Source of the DNA: the human T2T-CHM13v2.0 reference genome, Homo sapiens
Assembly: GCF_009914755.1 (NCBI RefSeq)
Contig: NC_060938.1
DNA: 64,000 nt
Direction: 5' to 3' (one strand)
The notes beneath the pieces are model-generated. The model made no database searches. It had not been told where the DNA came from and saw only the letters and a program-made list of their open reading frames with translations. Position numbers and translations under genes: made by a program. This document shows, in pieces, positions 13,953 to 31,896 of this stretch (positions within the stretch are counted from its first letter, which is position 1; every line of letters begins with the position of its first letter).

Positions 13953-16311
13953 TAGTAGAATGATTTATAATCCTTTGGGTATATACCCTGTAATGGGATT
14001 GCTGTATCAAATTCTATTTCTGGTTCTAGATCCTTGAGGAATTGCCACACTATCTTCCACAATGGTTGAACTAATTTACACTCCCACCAACAGTGTAAAA
14101 GCGTTCCTACTTCTCCACACCCTTTCCAGCATCTGTTGTTACCTGACTTTTTATCAGCATTCTAACTGGCATGAGATGATATCTCATTGTGGTTTTGATT
14201 TGCATTGATGATCTTTTTTTCATATGTTTGTTGGCTTCATAAATGTCTTCTTTTGAGAAGTGTATGTTCACATTCTTTGCCCACTTTTTGATGTTTTTTT
14301 TCTTGTAAATTGGTTTAAGTTCCTTGTAGATTCTGGATATTAGACCTTTGTCAGATGAATAGATTGCAAAAATTTTCTTCCATTCTGCAGGTTGCCTGTT
14401 CATTCTGATGATAGTTTCATTTGCTGCACAGAAGCTCTTTAGTTTAATTAGATCCCATTTATCTATTTTGGCTTTTGTTGCCATTGCTTTTGGTGTTTTA
14501 GACATGAAGTCTTTGCCCATGCCTATGTGCTGAATGGCATTGCCTAAGTTTTCTTCTAGGGTTTTTATGGTTTTAGGTTTTATGTTTAAATATTTATTCC
14601 ATCTTGAGTTAATTTTTGTATAAGGTGTAAGGAAGGGGTCCAGTTTCTGTTTTCTGCATATGGCTAGCCAGTTTCCCCAGCACCATTTATTAAATAGGGA
14701 ATCCTTTCCCTGTTGCTTTTTATGTATATATGTGTGGTGTTATTTCTGAGGTCTCTGTTCTGTTCCATTGGTCTCTGTATCTGTTTTGATACCAGAACCA
14801 TGCTGTTTTGGTTACTGTAGCCTTGTAGTATAGTGTGAAGTCAGGTAGTGTGATGCTTCCAGCTTTGTTCTTTTTGCTTAGGATTGTCTTGGCTATATGG
14901 GGTATTTTGTGGTTCCATATGAACTTTAAAATAGTTGTTTCTAATTCTGTGAAGAAAGTCAGTGGTAGCTTGATGGGAATAACATTGAATCTACAAATTA
15001 CTTTGGGCAGTATGGCCATTTTCATGATAATGATTCTTCCTATCCGTGAGCATGGAATGTTTTGCCATTTGTTTGTCTCCTCTCTTATTTCCTTGAGCAG
15101 TGGTTTGTACTCCTTGAAGAGGTCCTTCATGTCCCTTGTAAGTTGTATTCTTAGATATTTTATTCTCTTTGTAGCAATTGTGAATGGGAGTTCACTCATG
15201 ATTTGGCTCTCTGTTCGTCTATTATTGGTGTATAGGAATGCTTGTGATTTTTGCACATTGATTTTGTATCCTAAGACTGCTGAAGTTGCTTATCAGCTTA
15301 AGGAGATTTGGGGCTGAGATGATGGCGTTTTCTAAATATACAATCATGTCGTCTGCAAACAGAGATAATTTGACTTCTTCTCTTCCTATATGAATATGCT
15401 TTATTCCTTTCTCTTGCCTGATTTCACTGGCCAGAACTTCCAATACTATGTTGAATAGGAGTGGTGAGAGAGGCATCCTTGTCTTGTGCCAGTTTTCAAA
15501 GGGAATGCTTCCAGCATTTGGCCATTCTGTGTGATATATATTATGGGTTTGTCATAAATAGTTCTTATTATTTTGAATACATTCCTTCAATGCCTAGTTT
15601 ATTGAGAGTTTCTAGCATGAAAGGGTGTTGAATTTTATTGAAGGCTTTTTCTGCATCTATTGAGATAATCATGTGATTTTTGTTATTGGTTCTATTTATG
15701 TGATGGATTACATTAATTTGTTTGCGTATGTTGAACCAGCCTTGCATCCCAGGGATAAAGCCGACTCAGTCATGGTGGATAAGCTTTCTGATGTGCTGTT
15801 GGATTTGGTTTGCCAGTATTTTATTGAGGATTTTCACATCGATGTTCATCAGCGATATTGACCTGAAATTTTCTTTTTTTTTGTTGTGTCTCTACCAGGT
15901 TTTGGTATCAGCATGATACTGTCCTCATAAAATGAGTTACAGAGGAGTCCCTCTTTTTCTATTGTTTGGAACAGTTTCAGAAGGAATGGTACTAGCTTCT
16001 CTTTGTACCTCTGGTAGAATTCGTCTGTGAATCTGCCTGGTCCTTGACTTTTTTTGGTTGGCAGGCTATTAATTACTGCCTGAATTTCAGAACTTGTTAT
16101 TGGTCTATTCAGGGATTCGATTTCTTCCTGGTTTAGTCTTGGGAGGGGGTATGTGTCCAGGAATTTATCCATTTCTTCTAGATTTTCTAGTTTGTGTGGA
16201 GGTGTTTGTAGTGTTCTCTGATGGTAGTTTGTATTTCTGTGGGATCAGTGGTCATATCCCCTTTATCATTTTTTATTGTGTCTATTTGATTCTTCTCTTT
16301 TCTTCTTTATT

Positions 16312-16637
<326 letters not shown>

Positions 16638-18056
16638 TTCTTCTTTATTAATCTAACTAGAGATCCATCTATTTGTTAATCTTAAAAAATAAAAAACCAA
16701 CTCCTGGATTCATTGATTATTTGAAGGGTTTTTCATGTCTCTACCTCCTTCAGTTCTGCTCTGATCTTTTTTATTTCTTCTCTTCTGCTAGCTTTTGAAT
16801 TTGTTTGCTCTTGCTTCTCCAGTTCTTTTAATTGTGATATTAGGGTGTCGATTTTAGATTGTTCCTGCTTTCTCTTGTGGGCATTTAGTGCTATAAATTT
16901 CCCTCTTAACTTTAGCTGTGTCCCAGAGATTCTGGTATGTTGCGTCTTTGTTCTTATTGCTTTCAAAGAACTTATTTATTTCTGTCTTAATTTCATTATT
17001 TACCCAGTAGTCATTCAGGAGCTGGTTGTTCAGTTTCCATGTAATTATGCGGTTTTAACTGAGTTTCTTAATCCTGAGTTCTAATTTGATTGCACTGTGG
17101 CCTGAGATACTGTTTGTTATGATTTCCATTCTTTTGCATTTGCTGAGGAGTGTTTTACTTCCAATTATGTGGTCCGTTTTAGAATAAGTGTGATGTGGTG
17201 CTGAGAAGAATGTATATTCTGTTGATTTGGCGTGGAGAGTTCTGTAGGTGTCTCTTAGGTCCACTTGGCCCAGAGCTGAGTTCAAGTCCTGAATATCCTT
17301 GTCAATTTTTTGTCTTGTTGATATGTCCAATATTGACAATGGAATGATAAAGTCTCCCATTATTATTGTGTGGGAGTCTAAGTCACTTTGTAGGTCTCTA
17401 AGAACTTGCTTTGTGAATCTGGGTTCTCCTGTATTGTATTGGGTGCATATATATTTAGGATAGTTAGCTCTTCTTGTTGAAGTGATCACTTTACCATTAT
17501 GTAACGGCCTTCTTTGTCTTTTTTGATCTTTGTTTATTTAAAGTCTGTTTTATCAGAGACTAAGATTGTAACCCCTGCTTTTTTTTGCTTTCCATTTGCT
17601 TGGTAGTTCTTCCTCCATCCCTTTATTTTGAGCCTATGTGTATCTTTGCAAGAGAGATGGGTCTCCTGAATGTAGCACACCGATGGGTCTTGACTCTTTA
17701 TCCAATTTGCATGTCTGTATCTTTTAATTTGGGCATTTAGTCCATTTACATTTAAGGTTAATATTGTGTTGTGTGAATTTTATCCTGTCATCATGATGCT
17801 AGCTGGTTATTTTATACATTAGTTGGTGCAGTTTCTTCATAGTGTCATTGGTCTTTATATTTTGGTGTGTTTTTGCAGTGGCTGGTACCGGTTTTTCCTT
17901 TCCATGTTTAGTGCTTCCTTCAGGAGCTCTTGTAAGGCAGGCCTGGTGGTGACAAAATCCATCATCATTTGCTTGTCTGGAAAGGATTCTATTTCTCCTT
18001 CACTTATGAAGCTTAGTTTGGTTGGATATGAAATTCTGGGTTGCAAATTCTTTTCT

Positions 18057-18361
18057 GCTGGGTGTGGTGGCTCATGCCTGTAATCCCAGCACTTTGGGAG
18101 GCCAAGGTGGGCAGATCATGAGATCAGGAGATTGAGACCATCCTGGCTAACATGGCGAAACTCTGTCTCTACTAAAAATTAGCCAGGCGTGGTGGCATAT
18201 GCCTATAGTCCCAGGTACTCAGGAGGCTGAGGCAGGAGAATCGCTTGTACCTGGGAGGCGGAGGTTGCAATGAGCCGAGATCGCACCACTGTACTACAGC
18301 CTGGGCGAAATAGCCAGACTCCATCTCAAAAAAAAAAAAAGAAAAAAAGAAAAAAAAGAAA
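18057..18361 (+). mobile_element. AluSc-like element nested in L1 ORF1
   Basis: Forward Alu with shortened central A-linker; ttcttttct duplicated on both sides. Confidence 0.92.
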
Positions 18362-21300
18362 GTTCTTTTCTTTAAGAATGTTGAATATTGCCACCCCACT
18401 CTCTTCTGGCTTGTAGGGTTTCTGCAGAGAAATCCACTGTTAGTCTGATGGGCTTCCCTTTGTGGGTAACTTGACCTTTCTCTTTGGCTGCCCTTAACAT
18501 TTTTTCCTTTGTTTCAGCTTTGGAGAATTTGACGATTATGTTTCTTGGGATTGCACTTCTCGATGAGTATTTTAGTGGTGTTCTCTGTGTTTCCCGAATT
18601 TGAATGTTGGCCTGTTTCGCTAGATTGCGGTTCTCCCGGATAACATCCTGAAGTGTGTTTTCCAACTTGGTTCCATTCTCCCTGTTACTTCCAGGTATAC
18701 CAATCAATCGTAGGTTTGGTCTTTTCACATAGTCCCATATTTCTTGGAGGCTTTGTTCATTCCTTTTCATTCTTTCTTGTCTAATCTTGTCTTCACATCT
18801 TACTTCAGTAAGTTTATCTTCAATGTCTGATATCCTTTTTTCTACTTGATTGATTTGGCTATTGATACTTGTGTATGCTTCACGAAGTTCTTGTCCTTGT
18901 TTTTCAGCTCCATCAGGTCATTTATCTTCTTCTCGAAATTGGTTATTCTAGTTAGCAGTTCCTGTTAACCTGTTATCAAGGTGTTTAGCTTCCTTGCATT
19001 GGGTTAGAATATGCTCCTTCAGCTCAGAGGAGCTTGTTATTACCCACCTTCCGAAGCCAACTTCTGTCAATTCGTCAATCTCATTCTCTATCCAGTTTTG
19101 TGCCCTCACTGGAGAGGAGTTGCAATCATTTGGAGAAGAGGCATTCTGGTTTTTGGAATTTTCAGCTTTTTTGCACTGGTTCTTCCTCATGTTCGTGGAT
19201 TTATCTATCTTTGATCTCTGAGGCTGATGACCTTTGGATGGGGTTTTTGTGTGGGTGTCCTTTTTGTTGATGTTGATGTTGTTGCTTTCTGTTTGTTAGC
19301 TTTTCTTCTAAGAGTCAGGCCCCTGTTCTGTAGGTCTGCTGCAGTTTGCTGGAGGTTCACTTCAGAACCTGTTTGCCTGGGTATCACCAGTGGAGGCTGC
19401 AGAAAAGCAGTTTGCTTCCTGCTCCTTCCTCAGGAACCTTTGTCCCAGAGGGGCACTGGCCTGATTCCAGCCAGAGCTCTCCTGTATGAGGTGTCTGTCG
19501 ACCCCTGTTGGGAGGTCTCTCCCAGAAAGGAGGCACAGGGGTCAGGGACCCACTTGAGGAGGCAGTCTGTCCCTTAGCAGAGCTCAAGTGCTGTGCTGTT
19601 AGAATCTTCCTTGTCAGGATCAGCTGCTCTCTTCAGAGCCAGCAGGCAGGAACGTTTAAGTCCACTGAAGCTGCACCCACAGCTGCCCCTTTCCTCAGGT
19701 GCTCTGTCCCAGGGAGATGGGAGTTTTATCTATAAGCCCCTAACTGGGACTGCTGCCTTTCTTTCAGAGACACCCTGCCCAGTGAGGAGGAATCTAGAGA
19801 GGCAGTCTGGCCACAGCCGCTTTGCCGCACTGTGGTGAATTCCCCCCAGTCCAAACCTCCCTGGCCTCCTTAGCACTATCAGGGGAAAACCACCTACTCA
19901 AGCCTCTGTAATGATGGATGCCCCTCCCTGCACCAAGTTAGATCATCCCAGTTCGACTTCAGACTGTTGCCCTGGCAGCGAGAATTTCAAGCCAGTGGTT
20001 CTTAGCTTGCTGGGCTCCATGGGAGTGGGACCCACTGAGTGAGACAACTTGGCTCCCTGGCTTCAGCCCCCTTTCCAGGGGAGTAAATGGTTCTGTCTCA
20101 CTGGAGTTCCAGGTGCCACTGGGGTACTAAAAAGAACTCCTGCAGCTAGCTCGGTGTCTGCCCAAACAGCCACCCAGTTTTGTGCTTGAAACCCAGGGTC
20201 CTTGTGGTGTAGGCACACAGGGAGTCTCCTGATCTGCAGATTGCAATAACCATGGGAAAAGTGTAGTATCTAGGCTGGGTAGCATAGTCCCTCATGGCTT
20301 CCCTTGGTTGGGGAGGGAGGTCCCTGGCTCCTTGCACTTCCCAGGTGAGGCAACACCCCACCCTGCTTCTGCTTGCCTTCTGTTGGCTGCACCCACTGCC
20401 TAACCAGTCCCGATAAGATGAACTGGTACCTCAGTGGGAAATGCAGAAATCACCCACCTTTTGCGTGGGTCTTGCTGGGAGCTGCAGACCAGAACTCTTC
20501 CTATGCGGCCATCTTGGCTGATCTCCCTAAATCATTTTTAAGGTAAAATAAAGCTTATATCCAGAAAAGTGTACAAAATGGAAATGTACAGCATAATGAC
20601 TTATCACAGTGTCAATACCCATGTAACCATCATCAGGTCATTTCCAACAATCTAGAAACCCCCTCATGCCTTTGTCTTTCCTGGGGGAAGACAACCACTG
20701 TCTATTTTAATCACTTCCTTATAGTTCTTTATAGTTGCCTCAAATAAGTATGTGTTCGTAAACATTCTTAGTTTAATTTTGCCTATTTTTTGAACTTTAT
20801 ATAAATTGAATTATATGATAGTATTCTTTTATGTCTAGCTTCTTTCTCTGAGTATTATGTGCTGTTGCATGTGGCTCTAGTTTCTTCACTTCATATTTAT
20901 GGGATACAAAGTGATGTTATGATACATGTATACAATCTGTGATGATTGAATTGAGCTTATTAACATATCCGTCACCTCAAATACTTACCATTTTTTCCTC
21001 CTGTCTAACTGAAACATTGTACTCTTTGACCAACAATTCCCCATTTTTCATAACACCCAACCTCTAATAACCAGTATTGTTCTACTCGCTGCCTCTATAT
21101 ATTTGTTTTAGATTCCACATATAAACGAGAACATTTGGTATTTTTCTCCGCCTGGCTTATTTTGCTTAACATAATGTCTTCCAAGTTAATTCGTATTGTT
21201 GTAAGTGGTGGGATTTCCCTTTTTTTTTAAGAAAAGGCTGAATAGTATTTAATTGTGTATATAAGACACATTTTCTTTGCTTATTCATCTGTTGATAGAC

Positions 21301-21924
21301 ACTTAGCTTGATTTCTTATCTTGGCTATTGTAAATAATGCTCTAAGAAATGTGGAGTACAGATGTCTCTTTGACATACTGATTTCAAATACTTTGGATAT
21401 ATACCCAGAAGTGGATTGCTGGACCATATGGTGACTCTATTTTTAGTTTTTAAGGCACCACCATACTGTTTTTCATAATGGCTGTATTAACTTAAAATCC
21501 CACCAACAGTGTACAAGAGTTCCCTTTTCTCAAAATCCTCGCCAAATTTGTTATCTTTCATCTTTTGGTAATAGTGTGAAGTGATAGCTCATTGTGGTTT
21601 TAATTTTTCATTTCCCTAATGATGTTGAGCATTTTTTCATATACCTGTTGGTCATTTATATGTCTTCTTTTGAGAAATATGTACTCAGGTCTTTTGCCCA
21701 TTTTTTAATTGGGTTGTTTTCTCCCATTCTGAAGGTTGCTTCTTCACTTTAATTGTTTCCTTTGCTGTGCAGAAGCTTTTCAGTTTGATGTAATGCCACT
21801 TGTGTATTTTTGCTTTTGTTTTCATTCAATTTATGTGGTATATTACATTGATTTATTTACACGTGTTGAACCAACCTTGTGTTACTAGGATTAATCCCGC
21901 TTGATCGTAGTGTATCTTTCTTTT

Positions 21925-22252
<328 letters not shown>

Positions 22253-24235
22253 CTGTATCTTTCTTTTAATATACTGTTGCATTCAATTTGCTCATATTTT
22301 ATTGATGATTTTTGCATCTATATTGGTAAGGGACATTGGTGTGTGTTTGTGCTGTCTTTGTCTGGCTTTAATAACAGGGTAATGCTGCTTTAATAAAGTG
22401 AATGAGGAAGTATTTTCTTCTTTATTTGTAGGGAGATTTTGAGAACGCTTGGTGTTAATTTTTCAGACACTTGGTAGAATTTACTGTTGACATGTTCTGG
22501 TCCTTGGCTTTTCTATGTTTTTTGATGACTAATTCAATTTCTTCGCTTGATATGATCTATTCAGGCTTTCTATTTCTTCTTGAGTTGGTTTTGGAAGTTT
22601 GGGTATTTCTAGGAATTTCGTCATTTCTTCTAAGTTCTTCCAATTTGTTAGCATGCAATTGTTCATAGTATTCTTTTACATAATACTGCTTTTTATTTCT
22701 TCAAGGGTAGTAGCAATGTTCACACTTTCATTTCTTATTTTCGTAATTTGAGTCATCTTTTCTTCTTAGTCGGTCTAGCTAAGGAATTGTCAATTTTGTT
22801 GATATTTAAAAACACCAACATTTGGCTTTGTTGATTCTATTGTTTTCATATTCTCTATTTCATTTATCTTTGCTCTAATCTTTATTATTTCCTTCCTTCT
22901 GCTTGCTTTAGGTTTAGTTTTCTTTTATTTTTCTTGGCTTATTAAGGCAGAAAGTAACGTTACTGGCTTGAGATCTTTCTTCTTATTTAATGTATGCATT
23001 TATAGCTATACATTTCTCATTGCTTTGCTGCATCTCCTAAGTTTTGGTATGTTGTATTACCTTTCATTTGTCTCAAAGTATTTTTTAATTTCCTTTGTAA
23101 TTTTCCCTTTGACCTATCTGCCATTTAATTTCCACGTACTTGTGAATTTCCCAAATTTTCTTCTGTTATTGTTTTCTAGTTTTATCCATTGTAGTTAGAA
23201 AATATACTTTGTATGATCCATCTTTAAAATTTACTGGGACTTGTGTTATGGCCTAACATATGGTCTGTCCTAAGAATGTTCCAAGTTTGCCTGAGAAGAA
23301 TTTGTACTCAGCTGTTGTTAGATGAAGTGTTCTATATATGTTTGTTAGGTCTAGTTAGTTTATACTACTGTTCAAGTCCTCTGTTTCATTGTTGAACTTC
23401 TGTCTAGTTGTTCTATTCATAATTGAAAGTGAGGTATTGAAGTCTCCAACTATTATTATAGAATTGTTTATTTCTCCCTCCAATTCTGTTAGTCTTTGCT
23501 GCATATATTTTGGGGCTCTGTTTTTGACTGTGTTTATAATGGTCATATCTTACTGATTGATTGACTCTTTCATCAATATGTAATGGTCTTCTTTGTCCCT
23601 TGTATTAATTATTGCCTTAAAATCTATTTGGTCTGATATTAGCAAAGCTACTCCCACTCTCTTTTGGCTAATATTTGTGTGGAATAGCTTTTCCCATCCT
23701 TTCACTTTCAACCGATTTGTATCTTTGATCTGAATTGAGTTTTTTTCCTAGATATCATGTAGCTATATTATAGTTTGTAAAAATTATTTTCCCAATATCT
23801 TCCTTTAGATTAGACAATTTAACCTATTTACATTTAATGCAATTAATGTTAAGGAGAGATAACTCTGCCATTTTGCTATTTGTTTTTCATATGTATATTT
23901 TATATTGTATTTTGTATATTTTGTGTATTATATTGTATACTGTATTTATATTTTTTATATTGTATATTTTTTGTTTTTCAATTTCTCCATAATTGCTTTA
24001 CTTTTTAATTGATTTTTTTCTACCATTTTGATTTCCTTCTCATTTCTTTTACTGTATAATTTTTAGTTATTGTCTTTGTGATTACCTTTGAATAATGATG
24101 TTAATTTATAATAATGTAGTTTGAATTAATATCAACTTAGTTTCAATAGTCTATAAAAATTTTGTGCCTGTATAAGTTTGTCCCCAACTTGATGTTGTTA
24201 TTGTTGCAAATTACATCTTTATAAATATTAAAAAA

Positions 24236-24540
24236 ATTTTTTTTAGAGACAGGATCTCACTCTGTGCCCCAGGCTGGAATATAGTGGTGCAATCACAGCT
24301 TACTACAGTCTTGAACTCCTAGGCTCAAGTGATCCTCCCACCTCAGACTCCCAGGTAGCTAGGACTATAGGTGCACACCACCACACCTAATTTTTTTTTT
24401 TTTTTTTTTTGTAGAGAGGCACAAAATTTAAATTAAAAAAAAAATTTGTAACCCAGGTTAGTTTCAAACGCTTCGCCTCAAGCAATCCCCCAACTTTGTG
24501 ATCCTGAAGTGCTGGGATTACAGACATGAGCCACTGCACC
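24236..24540 (-). mobile_element. AluJ-like element with internal A/T-rich replacement
   Basis: Alu arms flanked by near-identical caaattacatc(t/c)ttata(a/c)a sequences. Confidence 0.85.
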
Positions 24541-26693
24541 CTATCACAAATTACATCCTTATACATTGTATGCCCAGTGACATAGACTTATTAGTGTTTT
24601 ATGCATTTGTCTTTTATGTCACATAGAACAAAAAGAGTAATTAGAAACCAAAAGTACTGTGCTACTGGCTTTTAAATTTACCTATTCAGTACTTTTGTTG
24701 GTGTTCTTTACCTTGTTGTATGGTTTCAAGTTTCCATCTAGTGTCTTTCATGTCAGCCTTAGGGACTCCTTTCAGCCTTTTTTGTAAAATAGGTTTACTA
24801 GCAATGGACTTCTTCAGGTTTCATTTACTGGGAAATGCTTTGATTTCTCCTTCATTTTTGAAGGCTAGTTTGCCAGGTATAGAATTCTTGCTTGATTTTT
24901 TTTTAAAGCACTTTAAATATGTTATCTACTGCCTTCTGATCTCTGTGATTTCTAATGAGAAATTGGATTAGTCTTATTGAAGATCCTTTGTATATGATGA
25001 GTCACATCTCTCTTGGTGCTTTCAATATTCTCTCCCACACCATCCCCCAAGATTTTCTTTGTCTTTGGTTGTTGACAGATTGATCATAATGTGTCTCTAT
25101 GTGAATCTCTTTGAGTTCATCCTGATTGGAGTCCTTGAACTTCTTGGATTAATACATTCATTTCTTTCATCAAATTTGGGAAGTTTTCAACCATCCATTT
25201 TAAAAGTGTTATTTCTGCTCCTTTCTTTTTCTCTTCCTTCTGGAACTCACAACATATGCATATGTTGGTTGTTTCTTTTTTTAACTTTTATTTTAGGTTC
25301 AGAGGTACATATGCACATTTATGATATAGGTAAATTTGTGTCACAGGGGTTTGGTTTACAAATTATTTCATCACCAAGGTGATAAGCACAGTAACCAATA
25401 CGTAGTTTTTTGTTCCTTAGCCTCCCTCTCTCCACTCTCAAGTAGAACCCCATGTCTATTGTTCCCTTATTTGTGTCCATGTGTTCTCAATATCTAGCTC
25501 CTACTTATAAGTGAGAACATGCAGTATTTGGTTTTCTGTTCCTGCATTAGTTTGCTTAGGATAATATCCTCCAGTTTTATTCATGCCACTGCAAAGGACA
25601 TGATCTTGTTCATTTTTATGGCTGCATAGTGTTCCATGCTGTATATGTACCACGTTTTCTTTACTCAATCTGTCATTGATGGGCAGTTAGATTGATTCCA
25701 TGTCTTTACTATTGTGAAAATTGCTTCAGTGAACATACACATGCATGTGTCTTTATGGTACAATGATTTATATTTCTTTGGGTATATACCCAATAATGTG
25801 ATTGCTGGGTTGAATGGTAATTCTGCTTTGAGTTCTTTGAGAAATCATCAAACTACTTTCTTTTTTTTATTTTTTATTATTATACTTTAAGTTTTAGGGT
25901 ACATGTGCACATTGTACAGGTTAGTTACGTATGTATACATGTGCCACGCTGGTGCACTGCACCCACTAACTCGTCATCTAGCATTAGGTATATCTCCCAA
26001 TGCTATCCCTCTCCCCTCCCCACATCCCACAGCAGTCCCCAGTGTGATGTTCCCCTTCCTGTGTCCATGTGATCTCATTGTTCAATTCCCACCTATGAGT
26101 GAGAATATGCGGTGTTTGGTTTTTTGTTCTCATGATAGTTTACTGAGAATGATGATTTCCAATTTCATCCATGTCCCTACAAAGGACAAGAACTCATCAT
26201 TTTTTATGGCTGCATAGTATTCCATGGTGTATATGTGCCACATTTTCTTAATCCAGTCTATCATTGTTGGACATTTGGGTTGGTTCCAAGTCTTTGCTAT
26301 TGTGAATAATGCCGCAGTAAACATACGTGTGCCTGTGTCTTTATAGCAGCATGATTTATAGTCCTTTGGGTATATACCCAGTAATGGGATGGCTGGGTCA
26401 AATGGTATTTCTAGTTCTAGATCCCTGAGGAATCGCCACACTGACTTCCACAATGGTTGAACTAGTTTACAGTTCCACCAACAGTGTAAAAGTGTTCCTA
26501 TTTCTCCATATCCTCTCCAGCACCTGTTGTTTCCTGACTTTTTAATGATTGCCATTCTAACTGGTGTGAGATGGTATCTCATTGTGGTTTTGATTTGCAT
26601 TTCTCTGATGGCCGGTGATGATGAACATTTTTTCATGTGTTTTTTGGCTACATAAATGTCTTCTTTTGAGAAGTGTCTGTTCATGTCCTTCGC

Positions 26694-29924
<3,231 letters not shown>

Positions 29925-30212
29925 TTATTTCGCTCATTAGTTGATGCAGTTTCTTCCTAGTCTCGATGGTCTTTACATTTTGGCATGATTTTGCAGCGGC
30001 TGGTACCGGTTGTTCCTTTCCATGTTTAGCGCTTCCTTCAGGAGCTCTTTTAGGGCAGGCCTGGTGGTGACAAAATCTCTCAGCATTTGCTTGTCTGTAA
30101 AGTATTTTATTTCTCCTTCACTTATGAAGCTTAGTTTGGCTGGATATGAAATTCTGGGTTGAAAATTCTTTTCTTTAAGAATGTTGAATATTGGCCCCCA
30201 CTCTCTTCTGGC

Positions 30213-30989
30213 TTATAGGGTTTCTGCCGAGAGATCCACTGTTAGTCTGATGGGCTTCCCTTTGAGGGTAACCCGACCTTTCTGTCTGGCTGCACTTAAC
30301 ATTTTTTCCTTCATTTCAACTTTGGTGAATCTGACAATTATGTGTCTTGGAGTTGCTCTTCTCAAGGAGTATCTTTGTGGCGTTCTCTGTATTTCCTGAA
30401 TCTGAACGTTGGCCTGCCTTGCTAGACTGGGGAAGTTCTCCTGGATAATATCCTGCAGAGTGTTTTCCAACTTGGTTCCATTCTCCCTGTCACTTTCAGG
30501 TACACCAATCGGACGTAGATTTGGTCTTTTCACATAGTCCCATATTTCTTGGATGTTTGCTCTTTTCTTTTTATGCTTTTTTTCTCTAAGCTTCCCTTCT
30601 CGCTTCATTTCATTCATTTCTTCTTCCATTGCTGATACCCTTTCTTCCAGTTGATTGCATTGGCTCCTGAGGCTTCTGCATTCTTCACGTAGTTCTCGAG
30701 CCTTGGTTTTCAGCTCCATCAGCTCCTTTAAGCACTTCTCTGTATTGGTTATTCTAGTTATACATTCTTCCAAATTTTTTTCAAAGTTTTCAACTTCTTT
30801 GTCTTTGGTTTGAATGTCCTCCTGTGGCTCAGAGTAATTTGATCGTCTGAAGCCTTCTTCTCTCAGCTCGTGAAAGTCATTCTCCGTCCAGCTTTGTTCC
30901 GTTGCTCGTGAGGAACTGCTTTCCTTTGGAGGAGGAGAGGCGCTCTGCTTTTTAGAGTTTCCAGTTTTTCTGTTCTGTTTTTTCCCCAT
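30213..30989 (-). pseudogene. L1 ORF1 truncated at codon 259 (CAA to TAA)
   Basis: MGKKQNRKTG start; the frame continues ARREWGP after the stop. Confidence 0.92.
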
Positions 30990-31296
30990 CTTTGTGGTTT
31001 TATCTACTTTTGGTCTTTGATGATGGTGATGTACAGATGGGTTTTTGGTGTGAATGTCCTTTCTGTTTGTTAGTTTTCCTTCTAACGGACAGGACCCTCA
31101 GCTGCAGGTCTGTTGGAGTACCCTGCCGTGTGAGGTGTCAGTGTGCCCCTGCTGGGGGGTGCCTCCCAGTTAGGCTGCTCGGGGATCAGGGGTCAGGGAC
31201 CCATTTGAGGAGGCAGTCTGCCCGTTCTCAGATCTCCAGCTGCGTGCTGGGAGAAACACTGCTCTCTTCAAAGCTGTCAGATAGGGACATTTAAGT

Positions 31297-31896
31297 CTGC
31301 AGAGGTTACTGCTGTCTTTTAGTTTGTCTGTGCCCTGCCCCCAGAGGTGGAGCCTACAGAGGCAGGCAGGCCTCCTTGAGCTGTGGTAGGCTCCACCCAG
31401 TTGGAGCTTCCCTGCTGCTTTGTTTACCTAAGTAAGCCTGGGCAATGGTGGGCGCCCCTTCCCCAGCCTCGCTGCCGCCTTGCAGTTTGATCTCAGACTG
31501 CCGTGCTAGCAATCAGGGAGACTCCGTGGGCGTAGGACCCTCCGAGCCACGTGTGGGATATAACCTCGTAATGTGCCGTTTTTTAAGCCCGTCGGAAAAG
31601 CGCAGTATGCAGGTGGGAGCGAACGGATTTTCCAGGTGCCGTCCGTCACCCCTTTCTTTGACTAGGAAAGGGAACTCCCTGACCCCTTGCGCTTCCAGAG
31701 TGAGGCAATGCCTCGCCCTGCTTCGGCTCGCTCACGGTGCGCGCACCCACTGACCTGCGCCCACTGTCTGGCAGTCCCTAGTGAGATGAACCCGGTACCT
31801 CAGATGGAAATGCAGATATCACCCGTCTTCTGCGTTGCTCACGCTGGGAGCTGTAGACCGGAGCTGTTCCTATTCGGCCATCTTGGCTCCTCCCTC
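31297..31896. promoter_or_regulatory. L1 5' UTR bidirectional promoter; the antisense promoter fires in the host-gene direction
   Basis: CpG-retaining 5' UTR with YY1 site. Antisense promoter position (~nt 400-600 of L1) is established knowledge; activity at this copy is not shown. Confidence 0.6.
31445..31753 (+). CDS. L1 ORF0 (antisense 5' UTR ORF), 102 aa; translation unproven
   Basis: MVGAPSPASLPPCSLISDCRASNQGDSVGVGPSEP matches the known ORF0 N-terminus; strong Kozak gcaATGG. Confidence 0.7.
   Translation: MVGAPSPASLPPCSLISDCRASNQGDSVGVGPSEPRVGYNLVMCRFLSPSEKRSMQVGANGFSRCRPSPLSLTRKGNSLTPCASRVRQCLALLRLAHGARTH

Noticed and set aside
19911-20042. ORF0-like frame in the L1PA8-like 5' UTR
   Set aside because: Stops after 43 codons (GAG TGA), before any donor I can link to a host exon.
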